Shown in pieces: positions 1 to 13,000 of a stretch of 64,000 nucleotides of DNA; the first letter of the stretch is position 1; each line of letters begins with the position of its first letter. The translations under genes were made by a program, and so were the position numbers. The stretch is from Azolla caroliniana (Eukaryota > Plantae > Polypodiophyta), in NCBI GenBank assembly GCA_043228905.1, contig JBHGNT010000010.1, positions 2,790,001-2,854,000 on the forward strand, given 5' to 3'. The notes under the pieces are model-generated. The model saw only the letters and a list, made by a program, of their open reading frames with translations, had not been told where the DNA came from and ran no database searches.

Positions 1-383
1 CTATTGGCCTCTAAACCAACATGAGCAATAGTAGCAATGTATAAAAAATGAAACGCTACTCAAACTCAAGAACTTGAGAGTTAAATCAAATTGGGAAAAT
101 CTTAAAGGAAGAATAGTAGTTAAATAACGCCCATATACTTTACTTGAACACCTCAAATGCCACATTAGAATATGTAGAAGTTATTATCGAGCTATTTCAT
201 TATTGAAAAATGTATATATAGGCAACGAGACACAGCATTGGTTTGTCATTCGTTTGTTAAAATACAAATATTGAACAAATGCTGCTGCACAATAAGATAT
301 AAACATATAGGGGGTGACTGCCTAACAGTTAATCAAAGACAGACAGTTTATTACAATTCTAAACGTCATGACAAACATGTTAC

Positions 384-723
384 CATCATAGTTCTCATCG
401 ATGAGTCGGCTCGAATCATTGTAGTTGTCCATAGATATAGTCGCAATTCCAGGCATGAATCCAATTAGCTTTTCACAAAACACAGTCTTTCCAGCTCCGG
501 AAGCACCAGCCAAACCCACGAAAATCACACCATCCATCTTTTGAGCCAGGAGTTGGCAAGCACGAACAAATATATATAACCCTTTTTCAAAAGAAAGAGA
601 CTCTTCAATTGGCAGAATCTCATATCGATCGTGCTCTTTTCTTTTGACTAATTGCAGTTGATTTTTGAGGAGTCCAGCCTTTCGACCATTTGGCGAGACA
701 AGACTTTTCATTTTAGTGTCCAT
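384..723 (-). CDS. TTM: First coding exon of a triphosphate tunnel metalloenzyme (TTM1/TTM2-like; uridine-kinase domain, CYTH domain expected downstream); gene continues beyond window start
   Basis: Translation shows LSFEKGLYIFVRACQLLAQK, P-loop GLAGASGAGKT and ISMDNYNDSSR, typical of plant TTM1/2. Donor GATG|GTAACA at 383. Confidence 0.88.
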
Positions 724-761
724 TAGATGAAATCAAGTTAGCACAATCCAAGATTTTACAT

Positions 762-1343
762 CTGGCATAAAATAAAGGTGTCCATTAGCATCAAGTCTAT
801 TGACACATCGCGGACATAGACCATCTCCATTGAAATGTACAGTGGTTTCAAATGTCACTATTAACATATAGCAGAAAAAAAAATAGCATCACATCAATTT
901 AGTCTTTTTATTCAGATTTTCATCAGTAGAAAACTCCTGTAGTAGACACTAAAGTTTCTAGGAAAGCGAAATATATGAAGGGAAGGGAAAGATCTCTCTA
1001 TAAACTATCAAGAACTAATCACAGAAAGAACATCTTGACATCAAGATAGTACTTTCACTCGAAATTTCTCATGGTTGTGAGTTGACAGCAGTATTGCAAA
1101 GAAAAAGAAGGTATAAATGGAAGTATTCTCTATAAACTATAAGACACTGAGCAAAGCGTAGAAAAAAAACCATTCCAATCTATAAGTAATCCACAGGAAT
1201 CTCTATCTACACTATCTGAAACTGATCTTATATAGAAAGAAACATTCCAATCCATAAGTAAGCCTCAGGCTTCTCTCTGCAGACTATACAAGACTGAGCA
1301 TATATAGAAATTACAATTCCAACCTATAGGCAAGCAATCGGGT

Positions 1344-1381
<38 letters not shown>

Positions 1382-1869
1382 TCTCTCAAAAGACAGAGCA
1401 ATACAAAAGAAGAATTGGAACCTGTAAGTAGTCAGCCCACAGCTCTCTATCCACTAATAAAAAACTGAGCTCAGAAAGAAAAAGTTTCAAGCTATTAGTA
1501 ATCACTGACATCTCTGTCACACACACACACAGACACTCACATTCACATTCGCACACACTACCATCAAAAGATTGAGCAATGTAGAAAGGATGTGAAAAGT
1601 GAAGGAAAAGGAAAAGAGAACCTTTCCTTTTTATGTGTGGGGACAAGATAAATCATCACTCATTCGTACATAAATCCATTATTCTCGCACTCACCAAATC
1701 CTTTCTCACAATGATTCTGATGGAAGAATAATGTGCTGAAGAGTGAGTCCACCGATCATGTAACAGAACAGAGCACTTACATTCATGAATAGAATCCATG
1801 GATTTTGATCATTCAGAATTTTTTTTCAGGATGTCTGCAATTCGATTTAGAATTCAAAGATATGAATAC
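762..1869 (-). other. Probable 5'-UTR intron of the TTM gene
   Basis: Donor AAG|GTATTC at 1869 and pyrimidine-rich acceptor TTTATTTTATGCCAG| at 762, 38 nt before the ATG. No transcript data. Confidence 0.4.
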
Positions 1870-2817
1870 CTTATTAAGTTTCTGTCATCTTTCTCTTCAG
1901 TCTCTCTGTACAGGTTTCTTCAGCGACTTTTTTCTTCATCTTCTGTGATCTTTCTTTGTCTGCTGCATCTATAAAGGTTTCAAGTTCGTAGTCTTTGCTC
2001 TCTGGCTTCTCCTTCTGATGTCTTTTATCTTTTGCTTCTGTGAGGTTTTGATCAACTGCAAGAATTCTTCGACCGATCTTTTCTCTTCTAAATACTTCAG
2101 GCTGCGATCTTTTCCTTTACCCTTCAGCTAATTCTTTGAAGAAACAGGAAGGAAGTCATCTTCTTCTCCAATCCTGATCTGCGGTCATCATCATCAACAT
2201 TGGCATGAAGCAGCCATGATTGGATGTAGACGAACCGTGTGATCTCTCTGATTCTTCTACGTATTCTTTTAGCTTTTGATCCCTGCAAGGTTTCAAGGAG
2301 ATGCAGACGAGATCATGACCATCATCATCATACAATATCCTGCTAAGATTTGATTCCTTGACATGTCTGTCCTCTGTGTTTTCCTGTCTATTCCTTCCTC
2401 TCTGCTGCCCTGCAAAAAGCTTCGAAGGGTTTTAAGAAATTCTCAGGACATACCCTCCTCATTAATCCTACCATCACCATCGCCATCACCATCACCATCA
2501 CCATCATCACAACCCACCCCGTCCATAGAGCTCCTCCATACTGGGCTTTGCTCGGAATCGGCAACAAAGTCTCGTTCGATTCCCTATAGCCAAGATCCCG
2601 TTCGATTCCCTATAGCCAACCGAGTTCGATTTGATTCCCTAGCCAAATCAAACCGCGAAACCAAGGCTCGATGATTTAACCTGATTATTGTTTCATTCGG
2701 TTCGGTTCAATTCGATTCAACTTTAGTTCGGTTTGCTGGGCAGGGGGAGCGGGGGAGGGGGGGGGGGGGGGGGGGGGGGAGTTGTTGAAGGGTCTGGTAT
2801 GAGCCTCTCGCATCTTA

Positions 2818-3180
2818 ATAAAAATGACGAAAACTTGAAAGTGAATTGTTAGGGTTTTAAGTTAGAAACTTCATAATACATATCACATCGTGTATGAAGT
2901 TTAATCCGATTCAATTTCGGTTCAAGTTTAGTTCGATTTGGGATTTCGATTGGTGTTGCGGGCGGGGGAGGGTTGTTGAAAGGATCTGGTATGAGCCTCT
3001 TGCATCTTAATAACGGTTTATCCAGCTTCATCAAACCGTTCCTCAACTACTTCACAAACACTTATGGAAACATTTTTGTTGAATATTATCAATTAAACTT
3101 CATACACGATGTGATATGTATTATGAAGCTTCTAACTTTAAACCCTAACAATTCACTTTCAAGTTTTCGTCATTTTTATT
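2818..3180. repeat. Foldback/MITE-like inverted repeat (~87-bp arms)
   Basis: 2818-2905 (aaaaatgacgaaaacttgaaagtgaattgttaggg...gtatgaagtttaat) is the near-perfect reverse complement of 3092-3180. Confidence 0.8.
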
Positions 3181-5863
3181 TTAGTTTAAGAAATATATAC
3201 ATATATATATACCCTTTTGAAAAATAAGTGTATTGTAGCACACAAGTTGAGTTCGACCCAAAACTGAACCACAAAACTACACCTTAAATTGCTTGACGGC
3301 TTAGTGGATCTCTTGGACCGTTTGGTTCGAGTCGAAGAATAACAATTGGGTTTGGATAGTTTTCGGTTTAAAGGTTTAATTTATTTCTTAAAATGAACTG
3401 TTTGGTTTGAAAGATTTGAGTTTGAGACTTCGGAACCCAACATAATTGTTTGTCAATTACTTAGGCATTTTTTAGATTTGTTAATTATGAAGGATCTCAA
3501 CACACTAACTTTAGTAGTAAGTTAGTAACATCATAGGGTGCCCTAGCTTCAAGGGAATCCCATCATTGTTATTTAATTCATAATTGGCACCACTGCCTAT
3601 TTCTTCTTCAAGCACCAATGTCATCAGTGTTAGCATGGTCTGCCATCGGTGCTTGCATGGAACTATTATATACCTATGCCCATGGCGTGATTTTTTTTAT
3701 TAATTTGTGAACCTATTGTGTTGAATTTGAGAGAGAGAGCATGATCGATGGCACAAATAAAATAACAATTGTGACACAAGAATAGTTGGTGTTGCTTGAG
3801 ATCCATAGATGGTGTTCAACAGAAGCGCCTATTGAATTTATACATCTATCAACCTTTCTAAATTGTTCATGAGATGAGTGTCAATGTGTAAATATCGTGG
3901 TGATTAAGGTGGGGCTTTTGTTCAATCATTTTAAAGATATTATTGGGCCTTCAAGGTTGATAATCTCCCTTGCTTCTTTCTTTTCTACCCTCAAGAATAT
4001 CATGCATGAAAATTTTAGTATTCGTCCAAATACCTTCACATTATTCTATCATTATGTGAACCCAACCTTTTTTTGTTGGAGTATCATAATGTTCGACTTT
4101 CAAAGTTTTTAAGATAAGCACCATAAAGAGAAATAAATAGCTTAAAATGTAAATGTTCCGTTTTGGTTATTAGTATCAATCACTTAAACACCAAAAGGGG
4201 AGCATAATTTCTAACACTCAGAACATCAAAGAAGGTGACCTGATCTCTATCCATAAACAATCAAGTAATGTAATCTATTCTTGAATGATCAAAGCATCTA
4301 AAGGCAGTTGTAAAATTATAAATGATTGCAACTATTTTCAACATGTAAAGTTTTGATTGTCCTACCTACACCTTCGGTATTGGTTTAAAGTATGTAGATG
4401 ATATGTAAAGATTGTGTTCACACTTACCATCATTTTGGTGCATGTACTCACTCTCTCCTCTTTTCAAAAAGGTGGTGCTTGTGGGCCATAAGTGGGATGA
4501 TGATGCTAAGTTTTTGAAAAATAACTATTACAAGCTAAGAATGCATCATGGACACCTTTCCTTCATGAAATTTATATTTGTTTCCTATTTCCATGCATTC
4601 AAAATAATGATCATGTGGAAGTCATGAAGTCCCATTTGAATTATTTATGACGTGGATTATAAATTGTGGTTGGATTTAGAGGGTCTCATAGTGTTTTAAT
4701 GATTTCATGAAGTTGACATTGTGGGAACATAACACTTGTGTGAATTTTAAACCTTAGTTATCATCGTGTAAAAAAAGTCGAGGCAAATAGAAGACCTCTT
4801 CGATAGAACAAGGTAAGAAGGAGAAAGTAAATTTAGGCAATGCCACCATGGATACATACAATGGAGAGATTTGATGAAGTTTTGAAGTTGAGTTTGGGAA
4901 GAGGAAGCAGTTAACATAAGTTTTGATTGAAACACATGTGATTTAGTCTATGATATATATAGAACTCAGATGAACTAATTTAAGACTGAATAATGCAATA
5001 TATGCATGAGCCACACATCAAGGGGTTTATCATTCTTATTGTGTAGCATAGAAGGCAAAAGAAAGTTATACTTAAATCATTCCTATTGTTCTTGCTTATA
5101 AGTTATATCTATAGGCTATGACATATAAATGACCAACACTTTCAATTTTTTTTAATGTTAATAAGCCTTCGTGAGCAATACATAAGTACATAAAGAAATC
5201 ATTGATATTATTAGATAAGCTACTTTTAGTACTCACTTTCATCCTCATTTGTATGCACAATGTGTAGTGTCAATTATCTCAATATGTTAACCTTATTGTT
5301 GATATATTTGAATAAACAACTATGTTATATGTCAACTTGTGGAAATAACAAAGGAATCACATGATCACAAAAAAAAGTATACAATGAATGGAGAAGAAGT
5401 GAATATTTTATTTTGCTTAATGCAAAGCACGATTATTAGAATAGGGTTTCTTACAACAAGATCTACAACTCATGTGCATATACAACTCAAGAAGCAAAGT
5501 GAGCTACAAACCTAGAATGCATTCTTAGGTTCTCTATATATAACATATTGTTAGTCCAAATGGCTAAGTCGTGTAACATATTCATTGCACCCACTTGTCC
5601 ATTTATCATCAACATCTACCATATTCAATGTGACCCCTTTTCCATGGGAAGTTTGTTGGTGCTTGTTTACACCTAGCACTCCCCATCAATCACTTTACAT
5701 GTATTAACCATGTCATCTAATTCAATTCAAATTTTGCTTCACAATTTGGACTGCTTCAAGGGCATCAATGGACTTTGCATCCAAAGTGTTTTGTGATGTT
5801 TCCTTCTTGTTGCCTCATGGGTATAGCAATTTTTTGTTTATCTTAATTTTCTTTGTTGGATAT

Positions 5864-6316
5864 TGTAAAGAATCGGGTATGATTCTTGTGTAGCGGAAGA
5901 GATGTGTGTTTTGTGTATGTGTGAGAGGAATTAGAGGAGAGAAGAGAGAACACAAGATAGATAGAAAAATGAATACTCAAGAAGAAGATGTATATTCACA
6001 AGTAGAATAGCAAATACAAAATGTAGCGTTATAAGGAGTCACAACCGACTTAGTATGAAGTAGGAGAAGGGTGCGTTATATATAGTCACCCTCTCTCTTC
6101 ATTAACTAACTACAACAACTACTCTCTCTTGGGGAATGTGAAAAGACTCATAGTCATGGGGAATATGTAACGCATTAGTTATGTGTCATACAATATGATT
6201 CTATGACACATAGTTAATGTGTAGAGAGTAGTGGTGTGACTCTTGACATTTGAGTAATCATAGATTCTCAAAAGGTGTGTTCACACGTTGCACTATTTTG
6301 AGCTTGATTCTCAACA
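5864..6316. mobile_element. Solo LTR (453 bp)
   Basis: TGTAAAGAATC...GATTCTCAACA imperfect terminal inverted repeats, flanked by a 5-bp TSD GATAT (5859-5863, 6317-6321). Confidence 0.8.
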
Positions 6317-6899
6317 GATATTTTAACATCACATATTCAACATAAAAACTCTAACAATTAGCTGCGAAAAACTAAGTCAATCACTCAACTTGTACCTTGG
6401 CAATATTAGTTTGTGGGTTATTTAAGAACGACATTGTCTAGTTGGTTAAAATATTTCCTCTTATTAGTGTTGTAATATAATTGTTTGTGTGGACAATTAC
6501 TTAATTTATGTGGTCATTGGCATTTATAATGTTGTGTCTTGGTATGAAGAGAAGATACTTATGCCTATCCTTATTTAGAATCTCAAGCTCATCCTAAGTA
6601 TGTATATAGGTTGGGATGCTAACCCCATTTAAGATGATAATGTGAAAGTATTTGTTGGTTTAGTCCAAATTTAGCTTCATCTTATGGTTCTCGATGGTAG
6701 AATAATTTTTTGCACTCAAATTATAATTTGACAAACCTAACCCCTATAGTGTCACCTTTATAAATTTTTATTTTGCTGCAATTATGGTCGTTTTAGATAT
6801 GTGTTTCTCCTAATATTTTCTAATGCTATCTTTATCTCCTTTTTTGTGTCTTACCCACATCATTTATATTATGAATCAAAATACTAATGATAATGGCGC

Positions 6900-8118
6900 T
6901 TTCTTAAGTTATGATGTTCTACAAGATGGACGACTAGGGACGATCCCCTTAGAAGATGAATGTCTAGTTGAGGCTACATTAAAAACTATTAGAATTTTAG
7001 CTAAGGGAGATAATATTTGAATCCTTGATCCTTATCCTAATGTTGTTCATCCATGGTGGGATCTATGGGTTGTGGGGAGAAAACCATTATGTGAATTGGA
7101 ATGGGATTCGGGGGAATGAATGTGGTTACCTACATCATATTCTGGGGAGGATGTTCGACCAATTCCGTTTTTTCAATATTTGGTTCACTTGGGAAGGGAG
7201 ATGATAAGGTGTAGGATACCCCACTGGCGGACAACAACTAAGATATGGTTGAGTTACAATGTTGATCCTACTCACATGATAACATTTTGGAAATGGCTAT
7301 GGGCCATGCAAATTCTAAAGATTCAGATTATTTTATTTAGATGGTTGATTGTTCATTATGTGGTTCTTGTGAGAGTTTGGATGTATAGTAAGGATGTGTG
7401 ATTTCTGTGGATTAGAGATGGAGTCTCTTTATTACCTATTCTAATCTTCTATGGTTGCTAAATTGGTTTGGAAGAGGTTTTTGTATCTCTTGCATGAGGT
7501 ACATGGCTTTAGAGTATATAAATGGGGGACAATGATGTGGATTGATATTAATGGTGAGCTACAAAATTATGAAAAAGAAAAGATTAACTTTGTATTGTAT
7601 ACAAGAGGTCGATCTGTTGAGGAAGTGTCGCCATGTATGTCTATTAATTCAATACATAATGGGGTGGTTTGGGAGATGATTAGTTCAATAGTTTTATGGG
7701 TTTTGTGGACTAGTAGATGTTGAAAGATATTTCAGGAAATGCAATGGAATGTTGTGGATGTAGTCAAGGAGATTTGATTGACTTTGGTGCATACACTAAA
7801 AGGAGAATATGATGCTATCAAGGCGATTCAGATGTAGTCTTTCGAAATCAAGAGGTTTTTAAGAAGAGATGGGAAAGGATGAATGCCTTTTGCATGGTTA
7901 ATGGTTGTATACGTTGGAGGTATCAACCACCTCTCTAGGTATTTCCTCCACCGACATGAGGCATGAGGCCATGTGCAACAGTTCTTAGTAATGCTTTGGG
8001 AGATATGTATGTCTGTGGCCACCTAAGGGCAGTTGAAAAGGAAAAAGTTTGTGATAAGTATCGTGTAAATTGCTTTAGACATAATATAAACCATTGTTGG
8101 TGAAAAAAATTAAAAAAA
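6900..8118 (+). mobile_element. Degenerate 3' end of an L1-like LINE ORF2 (zf-RVT region)
   Basis: Trp-rich broken frames (FWKWLW..KIQIILFRWLIVH; WEMISSIVLWVLWTSRC) ending in an A-rich tail at ~8102-8118. Confidence 0.55.
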
Positions 8119-8189
8119 TGATGATAGAACATATAGAATACATTGAAAATTTTAACTTAACCCTTATTATCTCTATCTCTATCTCTATC

Positions 8190-8655
8190 TCTCTTTATCA
8201 TAAGTATCGTACCCTAATGGTAAGTTGTTACACTACACGCATTATGGCTCGGGTTTGAAACCTAATTATTTCACCTCTCTATTACATACTTCACATATAT
8301 CTCTTTACCATGAGTATCTTACCCTAATGGTAAGTTGTTACACTATATGCATTATGTCTTGGGTTCGAAACCCAATTATTTCACCTCTCTATTACATATA
8401 TCTCTTTATCATAAGTATCTTACCCTAATGGTAAGTTGTTACACTACACGCACTATGTCTTGGGTTCGAACCAATTATTTCACCTCTCTATTACATACAT
8501 CTCTTACCCTAATGGTAAGTTGTTGCACTACACGCACTATGTCTTGGGTTCGAAACCCAATTATTTCACCTCTCAATTACATACTTTCACATATATCTCT
8601 TTTAATTCACTAGATGCAAGTGTGGAATGTAAGGGTTGAACCCAACTGAGCTACA
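8190..8655 (+). repeat. Tandem array of 4 tRNA-like/SINE-head units (periods 110, 101, 84 bp)
   Basis: ACCCTAATGGTAAG...GGGTT(C/T)GAA(A)CC units start at 8211, 8321, 8422 and 8506, with A-box- and B-box-like motifs. Confidence 0.7.
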
Positions 8656-9375
8656 TCTCTCTCTCTCTCTCTCTTGTGAGAATACACAATTATATTAATA
8701 AATGTGTGAAAAACACTACTTACAATGGGTGTCACAATGGAGTATAGTCACCCATTAACCACATGGATAGTGGAACATGTTGATTTGCCAATAGACAAGA
8801 CAAATACTCCACAGAGGAAAGAATTTCCGTTTGCTCCAATAAAAAAATTGCCACATTAGTACTCCCTTCAACTTTCGTAGATATGCTTTGACTCCATGCC
8901 TACCATCATATATAGAAGCATTGCGGATATACCAATTGTGACACAATCCCCAATACCTCAAGAATAGAAAAACAATCTCCATATCTGATTTTGGGTCAAC
9001 TTGTGCGAATTATGCAAACACCCATTGTGTTGGCGTCAAATAACACCGTGATCAAACTTGCCTAGTTTGAGAAATGTAACTCTAAATCTGACAAGCAATC
9101 AGACATTGTATGAAATAATGAGCACTATCTTCCTGAACAATGCAAAAGAAGTAATTGCATGTTGCAAGTCCACACCACTTTAGAGCTAATCCTAAAGGCA
9201 AAGCCCAAATCAAAACTTTCTAAATCAAGACCTTTGCTACAAATGACACTCATGATACTAACTACATTTTAAGTTCGGCCACCATCCATGATCAAAACTG
9301 TTGTGTATTTTCCATTCTTGTTCAATCTTAGATGATAGCCATCGAAGAGACTCAACGGAGCAATGATACAAAAGA

Positions 9376-10058
9376 TGTTGAGAATCAACGCTTGGATTCA
9401 CCTTCACCGCTCGGCCACAACCGAGTAATCGCGGATCAATGCAGCAGAAAAATAGGAAATACAGAGAAAGACGCGATACACAGGAATTAACGTGGAAAAC
9501 CCTATACGGGAAAAACCACGGGAGTGCGAGACTCCAAACCAAACTATGCACAGAGAAATATACAATGGCGAGCTGCAAGGCAACGACCTTGAGCTCGCTG
9601 TCCTCGCCACAGGCGGCGGAAATACACAGAGGCGTCTACCTCTTCGTCTCTCTCACGCTCTATCTCTCTCTCTCTCGGCTGCTCCCTCTTCACTCCTCTT
9701 GAGTGGAAAAACAAGAAAAATGATCAGCAACTAAAACTATTTGCCCTAAGTCATATTTATACACATATGACTTTCGGGCTATTTACAAATATAGCCTCAA
9801 GGGCCCTTGGCAAACATATTCACAAATATGTCCCCGCATCCGGATCTCTCTCCGGGTACATTCGTCATCCGGCTCCGTAGTCGGGGTCTTCAGCATCCGG
9901 TTCCGTAACCGGGGTCTTCATCATCCGGATCCGTATCCGGGTACTCTTCATCCGGCTTCATGCCGGGTACTCTTCATCATCCGGTTCCGTAACCGCAACC
10001 GGGCTTGCCGTCATTTATCCCCGGGGACATCCCATCCGGAGGGACCGAAATCCCAACA
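9376..10058 (-). repeat. 3' LTR (683 bp, complete)
   Basis: TG..CA ends, adjacent PPT, TATAAAT on the minus strand at ~9755-9761, internal TCTTCATCATCCGG subrepeats. Confidence 0.95.
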
Positions 10059-10068
10059 AACTCCCCCT

Positions 10069-13000
10069 TCACTTCGGCATGGGATGTCTCTCCAATCCAA
10101 TCCTCTTCCGGCATGCTTCCAACTTGTCGGGTGTGAGCACTTTGGTCAGCATATCTGAGCCGTTCTCGTCCGTGTGGATCTTCGTCAGCACGAACTCCTT
10201 GTCTTCTATCCTTTCCCGGATCCAGTGGTATCTACGCTGGATGTGCTTCGTCCGGGAGTGATAGGCCGCATTCTTCGCAAGGTGGATGGCACTCTGACTG
10301 TCGCAGTAGAGTCGGTACTCCTCCTGCCGGATACCGAGCTCTCTAATGAAGTCCTTCATCCATATTATTTCCTTGCCGGCTTCAACAACTGCCATGTACT
10401 CCGCCTCCGTGGTTGACAACGCAACCGTCTTCTGCAGCCTCGACTGCCACGAAACGGCTCCCCCTGCATACGTCATCACATACCCTGATGTGGACCGGCT
10501 GGTATCTGCATCAGCCGACATATCCGAATCGGTGAAGCCGTCGAGTTCGGGCTTACCGGAGCCGAATCGGAGGCACACGTTTGCCGTGCCCTTCAGGTAT
10601 CGGAGTATCCACTTGGCCGCGTTCCAATGCTCTTTGCCGGGATTGCTCATGTACCGGCTCACAACTCCGACTGCATATCCGATGTCCGGTCTCGTACACA
10701 CCATGGCGTACATCAAGCTCCCGACGGCTGAGGCATACGGCACTTTCATCATATCCTCCTTTTCAGCCTTTGTCTTGGGGCTTTGCTTGCTGGACAGCTT
10801 GCAGTTTGCCGGGAGGGTCGATCCGACCGGTCTTGCCTCCGACATGTTGAACCGGTGAAGCACCTTCGTCACGTACTTCTCCTGTGACAGCCACAACTGC
10901 TTCTTCTTCCGGTCCCGAATGATGTGCATCCCTAATATTTGCCTCGCCGGACCCAGGTCCTTCATTGAGAAGGTTCGGTGAAGAGCCTTCTTCAGCATCC
11001 GTATCTTGACCTGGTCCCGTCCGACGATCAACATGTCGTCCACGTACAGGAGGAGTATTAGAGAGTCTCCTCCTTCGAACTTCTTCACAAACACGCAGTG
11101 GTCGGACTGCGTTTTGAGGTACCCTTCGTCGGTCATGAAGGAGTCGAACTTCCGGTACCATTGCCGGGGAGCCTGCTTCAGTCCGTAAAGGCTCTTCTTC
11201 AACCGGCATACCAGGTGCTCCTTCCCTTTCTTCTCGAATCCTTCCGGTTGCTGCATGTAGATCTCTTCTTCGAGGTCACCGTGAAGGAATGCCGTCTTCA
11301 CGTCCATCTGTTCTACCTCGAGGTCCATGCTTGCCGCTATGCTCAGCACCGTCCGGATGGAGGTCATCTTCACTACCGGGGCAAATATCTCGTCGAAGTC
11401 GACGCCCTTCTTCTGCTGAAACCCCTTCACCACGATCCTGGCTTTGTATCTCGGGGGGTTTTCGGCATCTCCCGGTTTCAGCTTGAATACCCACTTGTTT
11501 CGAAGTGCCCGCTTTCCTTTCGGCAACTCCACAAGTTCATATGTGTGGTTCTCATGCAGGGAATCCATCTCGTCCTGCATGGCACTCAACCACCTGCGGC
11601 TCTGGGTGTCATGCTTTGCTTCTTCAAAGCTCTCCGGCTCCCCCTCGTCGGTTAGCAGCACGTGCTCTGGTTCCGGAAATCTCCGGGGGGCCCTCCTCTC
11701 TCTTAGAGGATATCTCCGTTCGGAAGCTTCGGTAACCGGTTCTTCCGATTCTTCTTCTTCATCCGAATCCATTTCGGGATCGGGGCCGGTTCCGGTATCG
11801 TTCTCATCTTCTTCGGCCGGTTCTGTTTCTTCACCGTCTTCGGCCGGATCCTCGAGTGCTAACCGGTCCCTTGCCGGTCGGGACTGCTCCTCGTAGAGTT
11901 GATCCTCACCGGTCGACTCAGAGCTCTTCACCTTCTTCTCCGACTCCCAGTCGGCGAGTGTCTTGTCCTCCATGAAGATGATGTCTCGACTCCTGAATAT
12001 CTTCTTGTCGACCGGGTCCCATACTCGGTAGCCGAACTCGTCGTCGCCGTAACCGAGGAATATGCATGGCCGGGTCTTTGGATCTAGCTTTCCTCTCCGG
12101 TCCTTTGCCACATGCACGTAAGCGAGACACCCGAACACCTTCAGATGCCGGTAGGACACTTCCTTACCGGTCCACACTTTCTGCGGCGTGTCTCCGTCCA
12201 AAGGTACTGAGGGTGATCTGTTTATCACATACGTCGCCGTCGACATTGCCTCAGCCCAAAATCCCTTGGGTAATTTCGCATGCGCCAGCATACTCCGGAC
12301 CCTCTCCATTATGGTCCGGTTCATCCTCTCGGCCAGCTCGTTCAGTTCCGGTGTCTTCGGCACAATAAACTCGAGTCGGATACCCTTCGAGCGACAGTAC
12401 TCCTGGAACTGCCCCCGGTATTCCCCTCCGTTATCCGCTCGTATCGCTTTCAGCTTCTTGCCGGATTCCCTTTCCACTCTCGCGTGGAGTTCTTTGAAGA
12501 CGCACAACACTTGGTCCTTTGTCTTCATCGGTGCCGTCCACAGTTTTCGGCTATGATCATCGATGAATGTTACGAAGTACTGGGCTCCGCCATGTGACTT
12601 CGTCTCTACCTGACACACGTCAGTGTGCACCAACTCCAATGGTGCGCTACGTCTCGTCGGTGGCCTTGAGTGGAAGGAGGTTCGGTTCTGCTTACCGGCC
12701 AGGCAATCGGTGCACTTCTCCAGGTGCACATGCTTCACTGGGATAAGGTTGTCTTCTGCAAGCCTCTTCATCCCCTTCTCACTCATGTGGCACAGTCTCT
12801 TGTGCCACAGCTCACCGGCAGTGTCGGCTGCCACATTCAGCTCTTCCGAACATAACCGGGCATTCATCAGGTACAGTGTGTTGACTTTCCGGGCCCGAGC
12901 CACTATCAGGCTCCCCTTGCTGAACTTCATTACGCCGTTCCGGATGCTACCTGTGTAGCCTTCATCGTCTAGCCTCCCGGCCGAAATCAGGTTCAATCGA

